A DNA stretch of 64,000 nt from Octopus sinensis. Lineage: Eukaryota. Shown piece after piece: positions 36,789-48,099 of this stretch; position 1 is the stretch's first letter, and the number at the start of each line of letters is the position of its first letter. A model generated the notes under the pieces. The model saw only the letters and a program-made list of their open reading frames with translations, did not search any database and had not been told where the DNA came from. A program made the translations under genes and the position numbers. The stretch lies in assembly GCF_006345805.1 (NCBI RefSeq), contig NC_043019.1, forward strand, positions 18,227,360-18,291,359. The letters are read 5' to 3'.

Positions 36789-38608
36789 CTACAGAAGTAA
36801 AACATTCAAAGTATAGGGATGTGAAATTAACATGAAGACCTTCTCCACAAAGACTCTCTCTGGAAAGATATTTTCCTGACAAAGTGTATGTGAAAGAGAT
36901 ATCACTGGGCTATGAACAATGTCATTGGACTGCTAGACTCCAGTTTTGGTGGTGTTAAGCTTCATCAGCAACAGAGACTGAACCAGTCATTCAAAGCTGA
37001 CTCAGAGCTACTGCTTTTATATATAAACAGCAAATAAATTTGCAATGTGTAAAACTTTGTCAAGCTCAAATTAGAGACAGACTAAATGAGGATTGTAATA
37101 TAGGTGTGTCAAATGACTATTTTAACATATAAGGAACTTTCTTTTTTGGCAAGAATTATGTTAAAAAATATGGGAGTTTCTTATACATGGATAGTATTAC
37201 AATCCCTTACAAAACCTTTTTTCAAATTTTAAGCCCCCAGAGTTAGGGAGTTCTTTATACACGTTAAAATATATAACAGGCTTGTCTATACTTTAAAGTG
37301 AAACCTGTTTCTAGAGAGAAATTTTTGACAGCTCTTTGTGAGCTACAAACAATGGATTCAGTCTCCGTAGCTGAAAAAGTAGAACGATACAGAAAGCCTT
37401 GTCCAATGGTCTAATGATGTCATTCATAGTCTAGACACAGGAACAGGTGTGGCTGTGTGGTCAAGAAGTTTGCTTTTTAGCCACATGCTTTTGGGTTTGA
37501 TTCCAGCATGCGACACCTTGGGCATCTCCTATAACAGGCTCAGGCTAACCAGTCTTGGCAAACAGCAATGGAAAGAAGCTCGTGTGTGTGTGTGTGTGTG
37601 TGTGTGTGAGCAGGGGTTTGTAACTGTTTTCACATTGCATGGTAGTTATAAATGTATGTTGCTGTCATTTGTCTCCAGTATTCTGCAAGAACCTGTCTGG
37701 CCATGGGAAGATAACACCAGGCTTAGAATCAGATGAGAAGGACATTTAACCAGAGAAAGTCTGTGACCCATGCAGGCATGGAAAAGCAGATATAAAAATG
37801 AGGAGATACTTCTCACAAAGAAGCTCTCTCTCCATGTTGAGAGCATACACAAGCACAATAGAATTGTGCACCCCCATCAATATTTTACTCATCGTTGCTT
37901 ATAGGGTCTAAATATTAAGCAACAAAAATAAAATTAAATTACCCCCACCCAGCTGTGGGTCCCTCAAGAAGTGCAAATTACATTCATTAGTGGCTTCAGT
38001 TTCCACCCTTGCTTCAATGTAGAAGGGCAGATCGAACTGGGTGAATATAACAATTATGAGCCTCAAAGATATTTGTACAATGAGTATTAGGATAAAGTTC
38101 TAGGCTGCTAACTATATAGTCACAAGTTCAAATAACACTAGCATTTTATTGCGTGACCAACACACAGAGATTTACTCGATCCAGTTAGCAAAGGGCAGAC
38201 AAGAATTTTCAGATTTCAAGCAAATTGGCGAGCCCCTGGTAGAGTTGTCAGCACATTTGCAAAATACTGTAGTATTTCTGGCTTGTTGTTCAACCTTCCA
38301 TCTTGTCAGGATCACAAAATAAATACCAGTTAAGTATTGGGTGCCAATGTAATTGATTTACTCCCTAAATGGCAGTGCTCCAGCATGGTCACAACTTTTC
38401 AGCTGGAATACATAAAGGAATCCCCTGGAATAGAAATACCTCATATGCATATTTGTCCCACCCTGAGTTGTCCAGACTTCCTAACCACTGATGTTAATAA
38501 TTGTCCACCCAACATGAGTTAAACACTTCACTGAACTAATCTAGAAATAAAAGATGGCAAAACAAAGAAACAACAACAACAACTGACTGGCAACAATCAT
38601 CGACTTAC

Positions 38609-38721
38609 CTTCAAGACTTTCAATGACTTTCGAGTCTAGCCTGGCCAATTCTAGCAAGGCATGACCATAAGAGAAGTAGGCAGCAGCACATTCAAATGCC
38701 ATCTCCCCATAGCACTTGGCC
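38609..38721 (-). CDS. NASP: NASP coding exon 3 (AKCYGEMAFECAAAYFSYGHALLELARLDSKVIESLE)
   Basis: Acceptor TTTGACAG, donor GTAAGT; 113 nt; matches the NASP signature [24 protein letters not shown]. Confidence 0.95.
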
Positions 38722-40054
38722 CTGTCAAAGAAACCAAAAAAGCTCAGCAATCATCATTACATCCAGTGTACAACTAACTTCAGTATTGAAGATAAAAACA
38801 AAATGCTGCTGCCAGGATACTGAAGAAGGGTAACCTTCTGACATACGCTATGTGTCTGGGTCTTTTACTAGGTTCAGTCAGACTGTGACCATACTGGGGC
38901 ACCACCTTGAAGAATTTGTCAAATGAATCAATCCTAGTATACTTTTTCCCCCCCTTAACCCACTTATCTTAGTGATCTCTTTTGCTAAACCACTAAGTTA
39001 TGGGGATGTAAACACACCAACACCAGCTGACCAGCAGCCATGGAGGACAAACGTGGAGTCAAGCATATATATACATGCACACGATGAGTTTCTTGAGAGA
39101 GGATTGGGTAAGACAGACCTGTGTGTGTATTTACATCTGCAATCACTTGTGCAAAAACGCCGAAAGCAGTGTTGTGGACAACTGAAGTCAATCAATCGTT
39201 TCATTACTTTGTATCCTTCAAAGCTGCATGGAATCAGAAATCCTTTACTTGAACAGGTTAAGCGTAAGCATCAAGAAGGGCAATACCCCAAATAACATTC
39301 ATCCAAAACCTTCAAGCATGGAAAATGGACTAAAAAAAAAAAAAAAAAAAACAAACAAATAGCATGCGTATACACATTATACATACACACACACATATAT
39401 CTATATATATAGAACTCAACTTGTGTGTCTGTGTGTTTAACTTCCTGGCACATCTCCTAGTCACCAAAAATGTGTCACTTAAAGTTTAGGCGAATGAAAA
39501 TTGAACTGCGTTATTTCTGTTCCGAAATTCATCTCGCAAGTGCAAAAATCGATAATGTGTTTGTTTAAGCCTTATCCCATACATTGAATAGTGAACTTTA
39601 CTCAGTCAGCTGTTTTGACGTGAACTGTGTTCACCACGCGTGCAAGCATGCGTAAATTGCATGAAAAATAAAAAATCAAGATATAAAAACGAATTGCAAA
39701 GAAATGAATTTTCAGGATGTAGCCTGGAGGGTTTTTTCGTATTAATCGTTTGGACTTTGTGAACGCATACCAATTGTTTTCATAACATTTTTAACGCTTT
39801 GAATTAAATGTGACCATTTTGCATTGAGTCTGCAGTTTGAATCACTTTAACCAAATTTTAGCAGGCCGGATTTTTGATCATCACGATACATTGCCAGTGA
39901 CTCCCTGAAACCCCCGTTGAGAAATCTATATATATATATATATAGAACTCAACTTGTATGTCTGTGTGTGTTTAACTTTTGGATCTACTAAGTTTCATTA
40001 TTAAGGATGGAAAGTAGTGAGTAGCAAATCTATATATATATATATATAAATTGC

Positions 40055-40430
40055 AGCTGTGATACCAGTGCCGGTAGCACGTAAGAGAACCATCTGAACG
40101 TGGCTGTTGCCAGCACCACCCTGACTGGCAGTCGTGCCGGTGGCATGTAAAAAGAACCATCCGTTCGTGGCCATTGCCAGCCCCGCCTGGCCCCCGTGCC
40201 AGTGGCATGTAAAAAGCACCATCCGATGGTGGCCGTTTGCCAGCCTTGTCTGGCACGTAAAAAACACCCACTACACTCACAGAGTGGTTGGCGTTAGGAA
40301 AGGCATCCAGCCGTAGAAACATTGCCAGATCAGACTGGGCCTGGTGCAGCCTTCTGGCTTCCCAGACCCCAGTTGAACCGTCCAACCCATGCTAGCATGG
40401 AAAGCGGACGCTAAATAATGATGATAATAA
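40055..40430 (+). mobile_element. 5'-truncated RTE LINE 3' UTR with (GAT/AAT)n tail
   Basis: Closely similar to 61770-62089; contains GGCA(C/T)GTAAAAAGCACC tandem units and ends CCCATGCTAGCATGGAAAGCGGACGCTAAAT-AATGATGAT. Confidence 0.8.
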
Positions 40431-40480
40431 TATTAGGGAGTATAACTCCAAACTTACAGGGAACATAAATATATAAAATA

Positions 40481-40727
40481 TAAATTAGGGATAAAAATCA
40501 CTATTATGCAACTGAAACAGTGATAGGCATAAATAACAAATAAAATATTTTTGTAAAACAAATAGATCACAAAAAGTATAAAAATGAATAATCAATATTT
40601 AATAAGTAATTCATTTTTACACTTTTTGTGATCTAGTTATGTTTTATAAAAATATATTTTATTTGTTATTCATGTTTTGGTTTATGTCTATCATTGTTTG
40701 AATTGCATAATAGTGGTTTTATCTCTA

Positions 40728-40732
<5 letters not shown>
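40481..40732. mobile_element. AT-rich foldback (near-perfect 250-bp palindrome) in NASP intron 2
   Basis: The arms pair along their length, e.g. TAGATCACAAAAAGTATAAAAATGAAT / ATTCATTTTTACACTTTTTGTGATCTA; central loop about 19 nt. Confidence 0.85.

Positions 40733-40734
<2 letters not shown>

Positions 40735-40796
<62 letters not shown>
40735..40796. repeat. (TA)n microsatellite
   Basis: Direct reading; abuts the foldback element. Confidence 0.95.
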
Positions 40797-40798
<2 letters not shown>

Positions 40799-41399
40799 GA
40801 GAAGTACAGGAGGAGCAAGACAGATGTAGAGTCATCAAAAACTACAAAATAAATCCAACATTTATTGTCTGCTGATCATGCAAAGGACTCGCATAGTTTT
40901 AGTAATTGGGGACTTCAACAACAGATGCAAATGAGACTGGCAACGGGGCGGGGGGTCCATGCTGTTTTCTTCTGGAATTAGAAAATTTAAGAAATAAATA
41001 TTCCTTGCATTGGTGCAACCCCAAGACTTGATAGGTACCTTATTTTATTGACCCCTTCAGATGTGAAAAGCAAAAGGACTTGGGAATATTCTCACTCACA
41101 GAAACTTTACTTCCAGGGTGATATTTAAAGGTTTCTTCATAACTATCTCACTAATTCAAATATGACCCTGTCTGAAATTAAGGGAAGAAGAGCTATCAAT
41201 ATCAAAGTCCTTTTGTGGTAAAGGAAACAAGTTTTTCTAGAGCAGAACAAAGTAATATTTTATTGCCCTGACAAGAATTAAAGACTAAATCGACTGCGGT
41301 GGAAACTGAACTCAAAACAATGAAAAGGTCCAGTTTAGTCCAATTCTCTACTTGTTTCTACTTTTCTAATAACAAAAATAAGAAAAAAATTATAATTAC

Positions 41400-41510
41400 A
41401 GAATTTGACAAGATTCTTCAAACTGGGTGACAGCCATTGGAACATCTCCACAGATTAGATTTCTTTTACCTTGGCCCATCAAGTTCACAGCTTTTGACAT
41501 CACCTCAACT
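41400..41510 (-). CDS. NASP: NASP coding exon 2 (R-VEVMSKAVNLMGQGKRNLICGDVPMAVTQFEESCQI-L), TPR1
   Basis: Acceptor TTATTTTCAG, donor GTAATT; 111 nt; resembles vertebrate NASP TPR1 ([27 protein letters not shown]). Confidence 0.92.
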
Positions 41511-43249
41511 CTGAAAATAAAGAATTAATGGAAAGAAAAATTATACAGGCACAGATGTGGTATGTGGTCAAGGATCTTGGGTTCAGTCCCATTTCATGGT
41601 AGCTTAGGCAAGTATCTTCTATAGCCCTTGGTCAACCAAAGCATTGTGAGTGGATTTGATATGGAAACCAAGAAGTCTATGCATGTAATCTAAGTTTGTC
41701 TCTTTGTTTTCACATTCCATGATGGTTGTAGATTGGGGGTCACTGTCATACAGTCATTCATTTTCTGGTATTGTGAGAGAACATGATCTGGCCACGAAGA
41801 AAATATCAACCTTGCTAGGAAACAGGTGAGGATTGGTGAGAGGAAAGGCACCCCAGCTGTAGAAAAATCAGCCTCAATAAACTCATGACTTATGCAAATG
41901 TGGGAGAGTGGAGATTAAAATGATGATCAACAATGATCAAATCCCATCATTCTGTCAAAGAGACACAGTAGACAGCATAATCCAAGCTGCACTGTCTGAA
42001 TAAAATAGAGTATGGTTCAGAACAGATAATATGCATTTGGTTATAGAAATCAAGGAAGCTTTGGGATTAACCAGCAGCATCAGGACTTAAAAAAGAAAAA
42101 AAACTCGTAGATGAGAAGTCTAACACTCGAATCAATCTGTGTTATTGGACTTTTAGCAATATGTTGCTTAGCTCCAGCTCAGCTCTTGACTGTGCAGACC
42201 TGTGACCAACTAAATGTTTAGGGAATATTATTGCACCGGGGCTAAAATGAACCTTTTCAATATATCGTATTTTCCAGCATACAAGTTGTATTTTTGAGAC
42301 CAAATATAGTTGGGTTCACTTATACATCAAGATAACTTTGGAAAACCAATAATTCTATGTGATTAAAAAAAGGATGGTGCTTAAAATTGTTTAACCTCAT
42401 TTTCATTTTTTGTGCAGAATCAGTGTTGCTTAAAGGCATAAATTCTGATTAAAAGTTTGAAAAAAAAAAAGGTGAAAAATTCCAAAGCAGAGATGGTGCA
42501 AACTTTTGTTATAATCTCCAATGTTTAAAACGTACAAATCCAAAGAATTGGATTTGGCTAAGTAATTTCCGACTATTTTTATATGATGACCTCCACCTAG
42601 TCAATTATATTCATAGATTACTTATAGCAATGTAAAACGACTTCACAATTACAATTACAATCAGATTTTTGATTACAATCAGACTTTCAATGGTGGAGAA
42701 ATAGGCTGAGTTTCGAGAAACTTTGAGGGTGGCGACTTCAAAAGAAATGTGAAGTTGCGACAGTCATGCATCAGTTTAAGATAATCAAACTAAAGAGAAA
42801 ATAAAACCTTGTAAGAGGGCGGGGATGGGAGTAACGAGTAGTTGTAAGGATTTATTCTTTGTAACAAAGGGAAAAAAAGGCCACACTTAAATAGCACTCT
42901 TAAGACAAACACGTGTGCGTGTGTGTACCATACTTACACAAGGGAGACCCCCCACACATATACACTGACTTGGTTTCCTCGTAACTTTCAGAGAAATGAA
43001 TTTTTTTTTTAATGACATTTTCAAAAAATACCTTTCAGATGGTGTAGATGACGATTAAATCGGAAGTTAATGTCTGAAAGGTCAGGAGAAACACGAGAAG
43101 GCATGCACACACACAGTGATAAACATCAGATCCAATTTCTGAAAATTATGGGGAGGGGGTACAATTGTGTAGGTTTACCTATTATATAGATATAATTCAA
43201 ACACACACACTAAGGGACATTAATTATGATCCACAAACAGATAAAAAGC

Positions 43250-43450
43250 TATGAAGATTTACACGGCAATGTTTCATTTCTGATATAAATAGCGAAAGCA
43301 GTGCCAGCATACAAGAAGGGGGAATTCCGAAGAAGGACCCCCAAATACTTCCAATAACAACGATGAGCAAAGTATTAGAAATAAAGTCTATTTTAACCAG
43401 GCTGAAAACCTCTAACAAGTTATCCTGCAGATAATGGTAAGGAAGGAAAC
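43250..43450 (+). mobile_element. CR1/L2/Jockey-type RT fragment
   Basis: IAKAVPAYKKGE then frameshifted P.ILPIT.SKVLE (AKVVPIYKKG...RPISILP..SKVLE motif). Confidence 0.5.
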
Positions 43451-44147
43451 TGAATGTGGGCGAGGTTGTCCAGATAATTATCTTTGTAGAAGGAAGGATG
43501 GAGGTTAAAATAGAACTATGCTGTGGCCAAGTTGAAGCATCATCCACTAGAATGCTTGTTACAGGGTATATAGCGACGGGTAACTTTGAGAATATACTTT
43601 TGGTCACCATGGGGTAATATCACGATGTCAGATACACAAGGAAAATAATTTTATGATTTAATGTTTATCGTGTTTATATTCATTTCTACCATTTAATATA
43701 TGTTTTCAAAAGAATATTTCCTTAAAATTTCAACAAAATTTCTCATTTTATGAACACATTCGCATCTATCACCTAAAAGCCTTTATGAGCTCCCCCACTT
43801 TTTTTTTAAAGAAATGTATACTTTGCAGAAAATTATTAGAATTAAAACTGGTGAGGTGGGCACCAAACCGCAGTTACCCCCCCCCCCGCCGCAACGTTAC
43901 TTTACTCATTGCCTGCCAACAAACCTTGTATGTACACTCAACACGCATCGCTTTTCAATTCTTTATCCGATGTAAAACGGGACGACAAACCAACCAGCCA
44001 CCATTTATACCGCTTAATTCACGAAACAACATGCGAAAACTGGATAAAAAGAAAAGGAACCAGTAAGACGTTGTCATTATTGCCATCTAAAAAGGGTCGT
44101 TATGCAACGACTGTATATTTGTGTTGTGTATAAAAGGTTAAAAAAAA

Positions 44148-44178
<31 letters not shown>

Positions 44179-44436
44179 AAGAGAAAGAGTGAGAGATGCT
44201 ACGTCGATGACAGAAAGAAAGGCGTAAGAAACAAAGTGGAGGAAGTGGAAGCAGAAATGCCGGCAAAACCGGATTCCTGGGTCCATTCTCGACACTGCTG
44301 GGTCTGTTGAAGAAGTTGTCCGAAGATTCAATACTATTCACATTAAATTCTTAGAAAATAATTCATAATTCACCCAAAGCCTTTATCTTTTCTGCCTTAT
44401 TAAGCACTGACTTTAATTCGATAGATTGTAGCTTAC

Positions 44437-44495
44437 CTTTCTTTACTCGGAGAGCCACTGGCAGCGGAGCTGGAGGGTTCTGCGACAGAAGACAT
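44437..44495 (-). CDS. NASP: NASP coding exon 1 (MSSVAEPSSSAASGSPSKE-, 59 nt)
   Basis: ATG at 44495 in context CCAGCAATGT; donor AG|GTAAGC at 44436; phase 2 matches exon 2; a CpG-rich promoter lies directly upstream. Confidence 0.85.
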
Positions 44496-44686
44496 TGCTG
44501 GTCCTGCTCGGTTCTTTCACACAAACAACTTCCGACTTCGACTGGGCTTTTGTTCCTCTTTTCCTAATTCTCAGCAGGAGGTTTGGTTCGTTCCTACGTC
44601 TCTCTCTCTCTTTTCCTTTATTCTCTGTGGTTTCTCGGGGACTCAAACACAATCCAAGTCCGGTTCCCTTTTCTCTATTCAACACG

Positions 44687-44699
44687 TTTTCCCGCCAAT
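44687..44699 (-). promoter_or_regulatory. E2F-type site overlapping a CCAAT motif
   Basis: The + strand reads TTTTCCCGCCAAT (minus ATTGGCGGGAAAA), fitting the E2F consensus TTTSSCGC, about 190 nt upstream of the NASP ATG. Confidence 0.55.
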
Positions 44700-45164
44700 A
44701 AATAGTGACGTTGATGACATCCAACACATATAGCCTCTAATCTCTCCTTCCACTATACATATATCTCCTCTTCCTACCACTATTTATATGGCGCTAATTC
44801 GGAAATGATAAAGTTAATCAATAAAAAGGCTGGATAAATAAACAAAACAATTAAAACATCTCCTTTTTACTCTTAAGCAGTCTTTAATTATTGTATTCTA
44901 TGCATTTATTGATATTTTAAAATTTGTGTGATTATAAATAATACATATATATAGAGAGGGAAAGAGAGGAGAGTTACAATGGAAGTCAAATATATTACTG
45001 TTTTCTAGAACTGCAACAAACCCACACCCTTACGTAACGCATTTGAATGTACATAGATACGCTATTAAATATTAAAATATAAATTAAAACGCCAATAACT
45101 TTCCAAAACTGAATCTTTATTCGAAATCTGTACTTTAGTTTCGGGGTTATCGGTCACTTAGTTG

Positions 45165-45172
45165 TGACGTCA
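45165..45172. promoter_or_regulatory. Palindromic CRE (TGACGTCA)
   Basis: Perfect CREB/ATF palindrome immediately 5' of the pyrimidine-rich plus-strand first exon. Confidence 0.5.
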
Positions 45173-45174
45173 CC

Positions 45175-45240
45175 AGTCTTGCTTCGTCTCTCTCGTTCTT
45201 CGCCCCTCGTGGAATTTCTTGTTCATTTCACCAACTTCGG
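45175..45240 (+). other. BTF3: Probable non-coding first exon of BTF3
   Basis: Pyrimidine-rich, ATG-free segment ending in the consensus donor CGG|GTAAGT at 45241; the next clear plus-strand coding exon is BTF3 (acceptor TTCAG at 58531-58532). The start coordinate is approximate and the link to BTF3 is inferred. Confidence 0.6.
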
Positions 45241-48099
45241 GTAAGTACCCTGACACCCTTAACACCACGCACACAAATGCAGCTATTTATTCGAATAACG
45301 TACAACCCATCGTATTTTTCATATTTACAGAATGTTTTGTTTTCAGAAAGCGCAAAAAGATACCGAAATTGTTTTATGAGGCGAGATACCAAAAAAAAAA
45401 AATCTGATCGTGGATTAAGGTTTTTCTTGGTGGAAAGTGTCAATGCCGTGCGCCCACATGTGCTGCATGGTTATTATATATATGAAGATAAATGGATATA
45501 TATATGTGTGTGTGTGTGTCTGAATATGTATTGATCATTTAACGTGGATTTATTGTCTATTAGGGATTCTGGAAAAGCTATAATTGTATCGAGCGAAATG
45601 TGAGAGCGGTGTGTGTGTAATAAGATACGTACATACCAACGACTATATAATATGTATACATATATATTTCTTTATTGCCCACAAGGGGACGAACAAGGAC
45701 AGACAAAGGTATTAAGTCGATTACATCGACCCTAGTGCGTAACTGGTACTTTATTTATCGACCCCGAGGGGATGAAAGGCAAAGTCGACCTCGGCGGAAT
45801 ATATACATATATATATACACAGACACGATTTTTAAGTTCCTCCTTATGAAAAGAATAGAATATTTTTCTAAAAATAAAAAAAAACCTATGAGGAGAAATT
45901 TTACTCTTTCAGAAATTACAGAATATATTGATTTATTTATTGTAAAGTTAAATTATGATTTGCTAAAGGAAATAAATTAAAAAACAATTTTTCCATCGAA
46001 GAAATCTCTACGCTGGGCGCCTCAAGATGTTGAAGTCAAAACTTATTGCCTGCGGATTCTAGTAACGCCAGAATCGTATCATGACAGCTATGTGTGCGTG
46101 TGTGTATATATTCATATGTATACACTCACATGTATACTGTTCTTATGTATTTTTTTCTATACTTCATGTCAGAGGCCATGCTGGACCACCTCTGAAGAAT
46201 TTAGTCGATCATATGACCCCACTACACATTTTAGCCCGATACTTATTCTATTTTAATCAAGTCGCCAAGTTACGAAAACAAACCAACACCGGTTGTCTCG
46301 CAGTTTAAGACAATCAAAGACACACACACACACAGCAGGCTTCTCACAATTTCCGTCTATTTACAAGGGCTTGGTCTCCCCGGTGCTATTAATGGAGCCG
46401 CGAATTAGGATTGAACCTAAAACCACGTGGTTACGAGGCGATCCTATTAACATCTATATAAAAATCAAACTACCTCCGTTCCACATAGTTTCTTCAACTT
46501 TCAGAAAAGTGCTTTGTTTTTTATAAAATTTTAGATACTTTTTTGACTGTGAATTTCCATTAATTTGATAAGATAAAAAAAAATTATATTCTTTGTTGTT
46601 GTTGGAGGCGTTTCGGATCATTCCTTCTCTTTTGTTTCCTCATAATTTTTAAATTGCATTTTTTTTTAATGACGTTTTGCGCAAATACGTTTTTGGAGAG
46701 TTTGGATCACGTAATGTTGATGTTCTAAACAGCTTGGGGGGGGGGGGGGTTACTAAATTTTATCATTATAATTGCATTCTACATTCTTGAATATCTCTGC
46801 AAAATTTCATTAAAATGTGTTTTTCTGACGTTATAAAAGAAACCGAGTCGATGGTGGAAGGGAGTTATACCTTTGTGTGTGCGCGTGTCTATATAAAGGT
46901 ATATTAAATAACATACAAAATAAAATATTGCTTTTTGAGAGGATAGACTAATCGCTTGTTAACTATTGGTTCCAAGTCCAAATGAGAAAGGTAAATAATC
47001 TCAAGAATTCACTGAAATTGATCTGCCATTCCGGAAAAGAGAGTCTGATTGTTGAGGCAGATTTTCTATGGCCATATGCCTGTCGCCAACCCTCTTCCTA
47101 TAGCTAGACATGTTTTCTTACGGAAGCCTGGAGACAAACCACCTCACCTGTATGATGGTGATGCTCATTTGCAACCCTCATGTCTGGACAAGCATACACA
47201 CACACTGAAAATGAACTTCTTAGTGTGTCTACCAAATCCTATTTTTTAGGCAATGTGTGTGTGGGAGGGAGCGTATGTATATGTTTATATTTAGGTGTAG
47301 TGTGGCTGGATAGTTAAGAAGTTTGCTTGGTTTCAATCCTGCTGCAAAACAGACTAGCACATCCGTTGTGAGTGAAACTATGTAGAAGCCTGTAATCCAA
47401 GATCACCCAGCCACCAATCCACTTGATCAATTTGGGGTCAGAAATTCTGGTTAAAATCCATTTTTGTATGGACTAGTTCATTTGTTAGTTCATCCGTTTT
47501 TCAATGCTGGCATGGGTTAGATGAATGTATTATTGAAGCATTGTTTTACAGCTGGATTCTCTTCCTGTCACTAATCATTATCTAATTTACAAATAAAAGA
47601 TATCTTGTTCCATACATCAAGGGTAGAAAGTCGGGGGAAAGTGATTTGTGAAGTGCAGACATGGATACAACCAAGCTTTCAGCTTCCATCTCGTTGATCC
47701 ACTGGCCTGGGGTAACTTCACTGTAAAACTGAAGTCCAAAACAATGTTGGGAAACCCCAGATATTAAGAATGGAATTAACTAACTTTACTTCCAGTTCTG
47801 TTATGACCTAGGGCAGTATCACTTTGTCCCTACATATAGTCCTAAAATTAGCTGTGGTCAAATAGTGACTGCTTTTTTGCAGGATGAATCTGGTAGTTCC
47901 AAAAATTATGAGGCCAGACCCAAATGGAAATACAAGCTGCTACCTTTCAGATTGAATTATGAGGCCCAGTCCTAATGGAAATTGGTTTGTTGAAAGAGTT
48001 TTACCCTCAGTATACTAATCAGTAAATTGGACAAAATAAGTTCCCTATGCAGCAACACCTCAGGTTAGAGTGCCTGAATCAGTGTCCTTGTTCTTACCT

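Larger units (their letters stand above)
44680..45180. promoter_or_regulatory. Divergent (bidirectional) promoter region between NASP and BTF3
   Basis: About 500 nt separate the NASP 5' UTR (minus) from a plus-strand first exon; the region holds an E2F site, CCAAT, TTACGTAA (45030-45037) and TGACGTCA. Confidence 0.6.

Noticed and set aside
40130-40270. GGCA(C/T)GTAAAAAGCACC units with variable spacers (also 61790-61925), superficially CRISPR-like
   Set aside because: Only 3-4 degenerate units inside a retrotransposon 3' UTR, in eukaryotic context with no cas genes.
39972-40385. Twin ORFs MDGSTGVWEARR... (137 aa here, 108 aa at 61712-62038) that look like paralogous genes
   Set aside because: Both are the antisense reading of the same RTE 3' UTR; the similarity is repeat homology, not a gene family.
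41461-41470. Apparent donor G|GTAAAA inside NASP exon 2
   Set aside because: The frame continues with conserved TPR1 sequence (GKRNLICGDVP) to the donor at 41399; using the early site would break the frame with exon 3.
43224-43610. 128-aa minus-strand ORF in NASP intron 1
   Set aside because: No splice-compatible ends or recognisable domain; the opposite strand carries a CR1/L2-type RT fragment.
44200-44345. GC-rich segment in NASP intron 1 that looks exon-like
   Set aside because: I found no acceptor/donor pair preserving phase 2 to 2 without a stop; it is likely part of the promoter CpG island.
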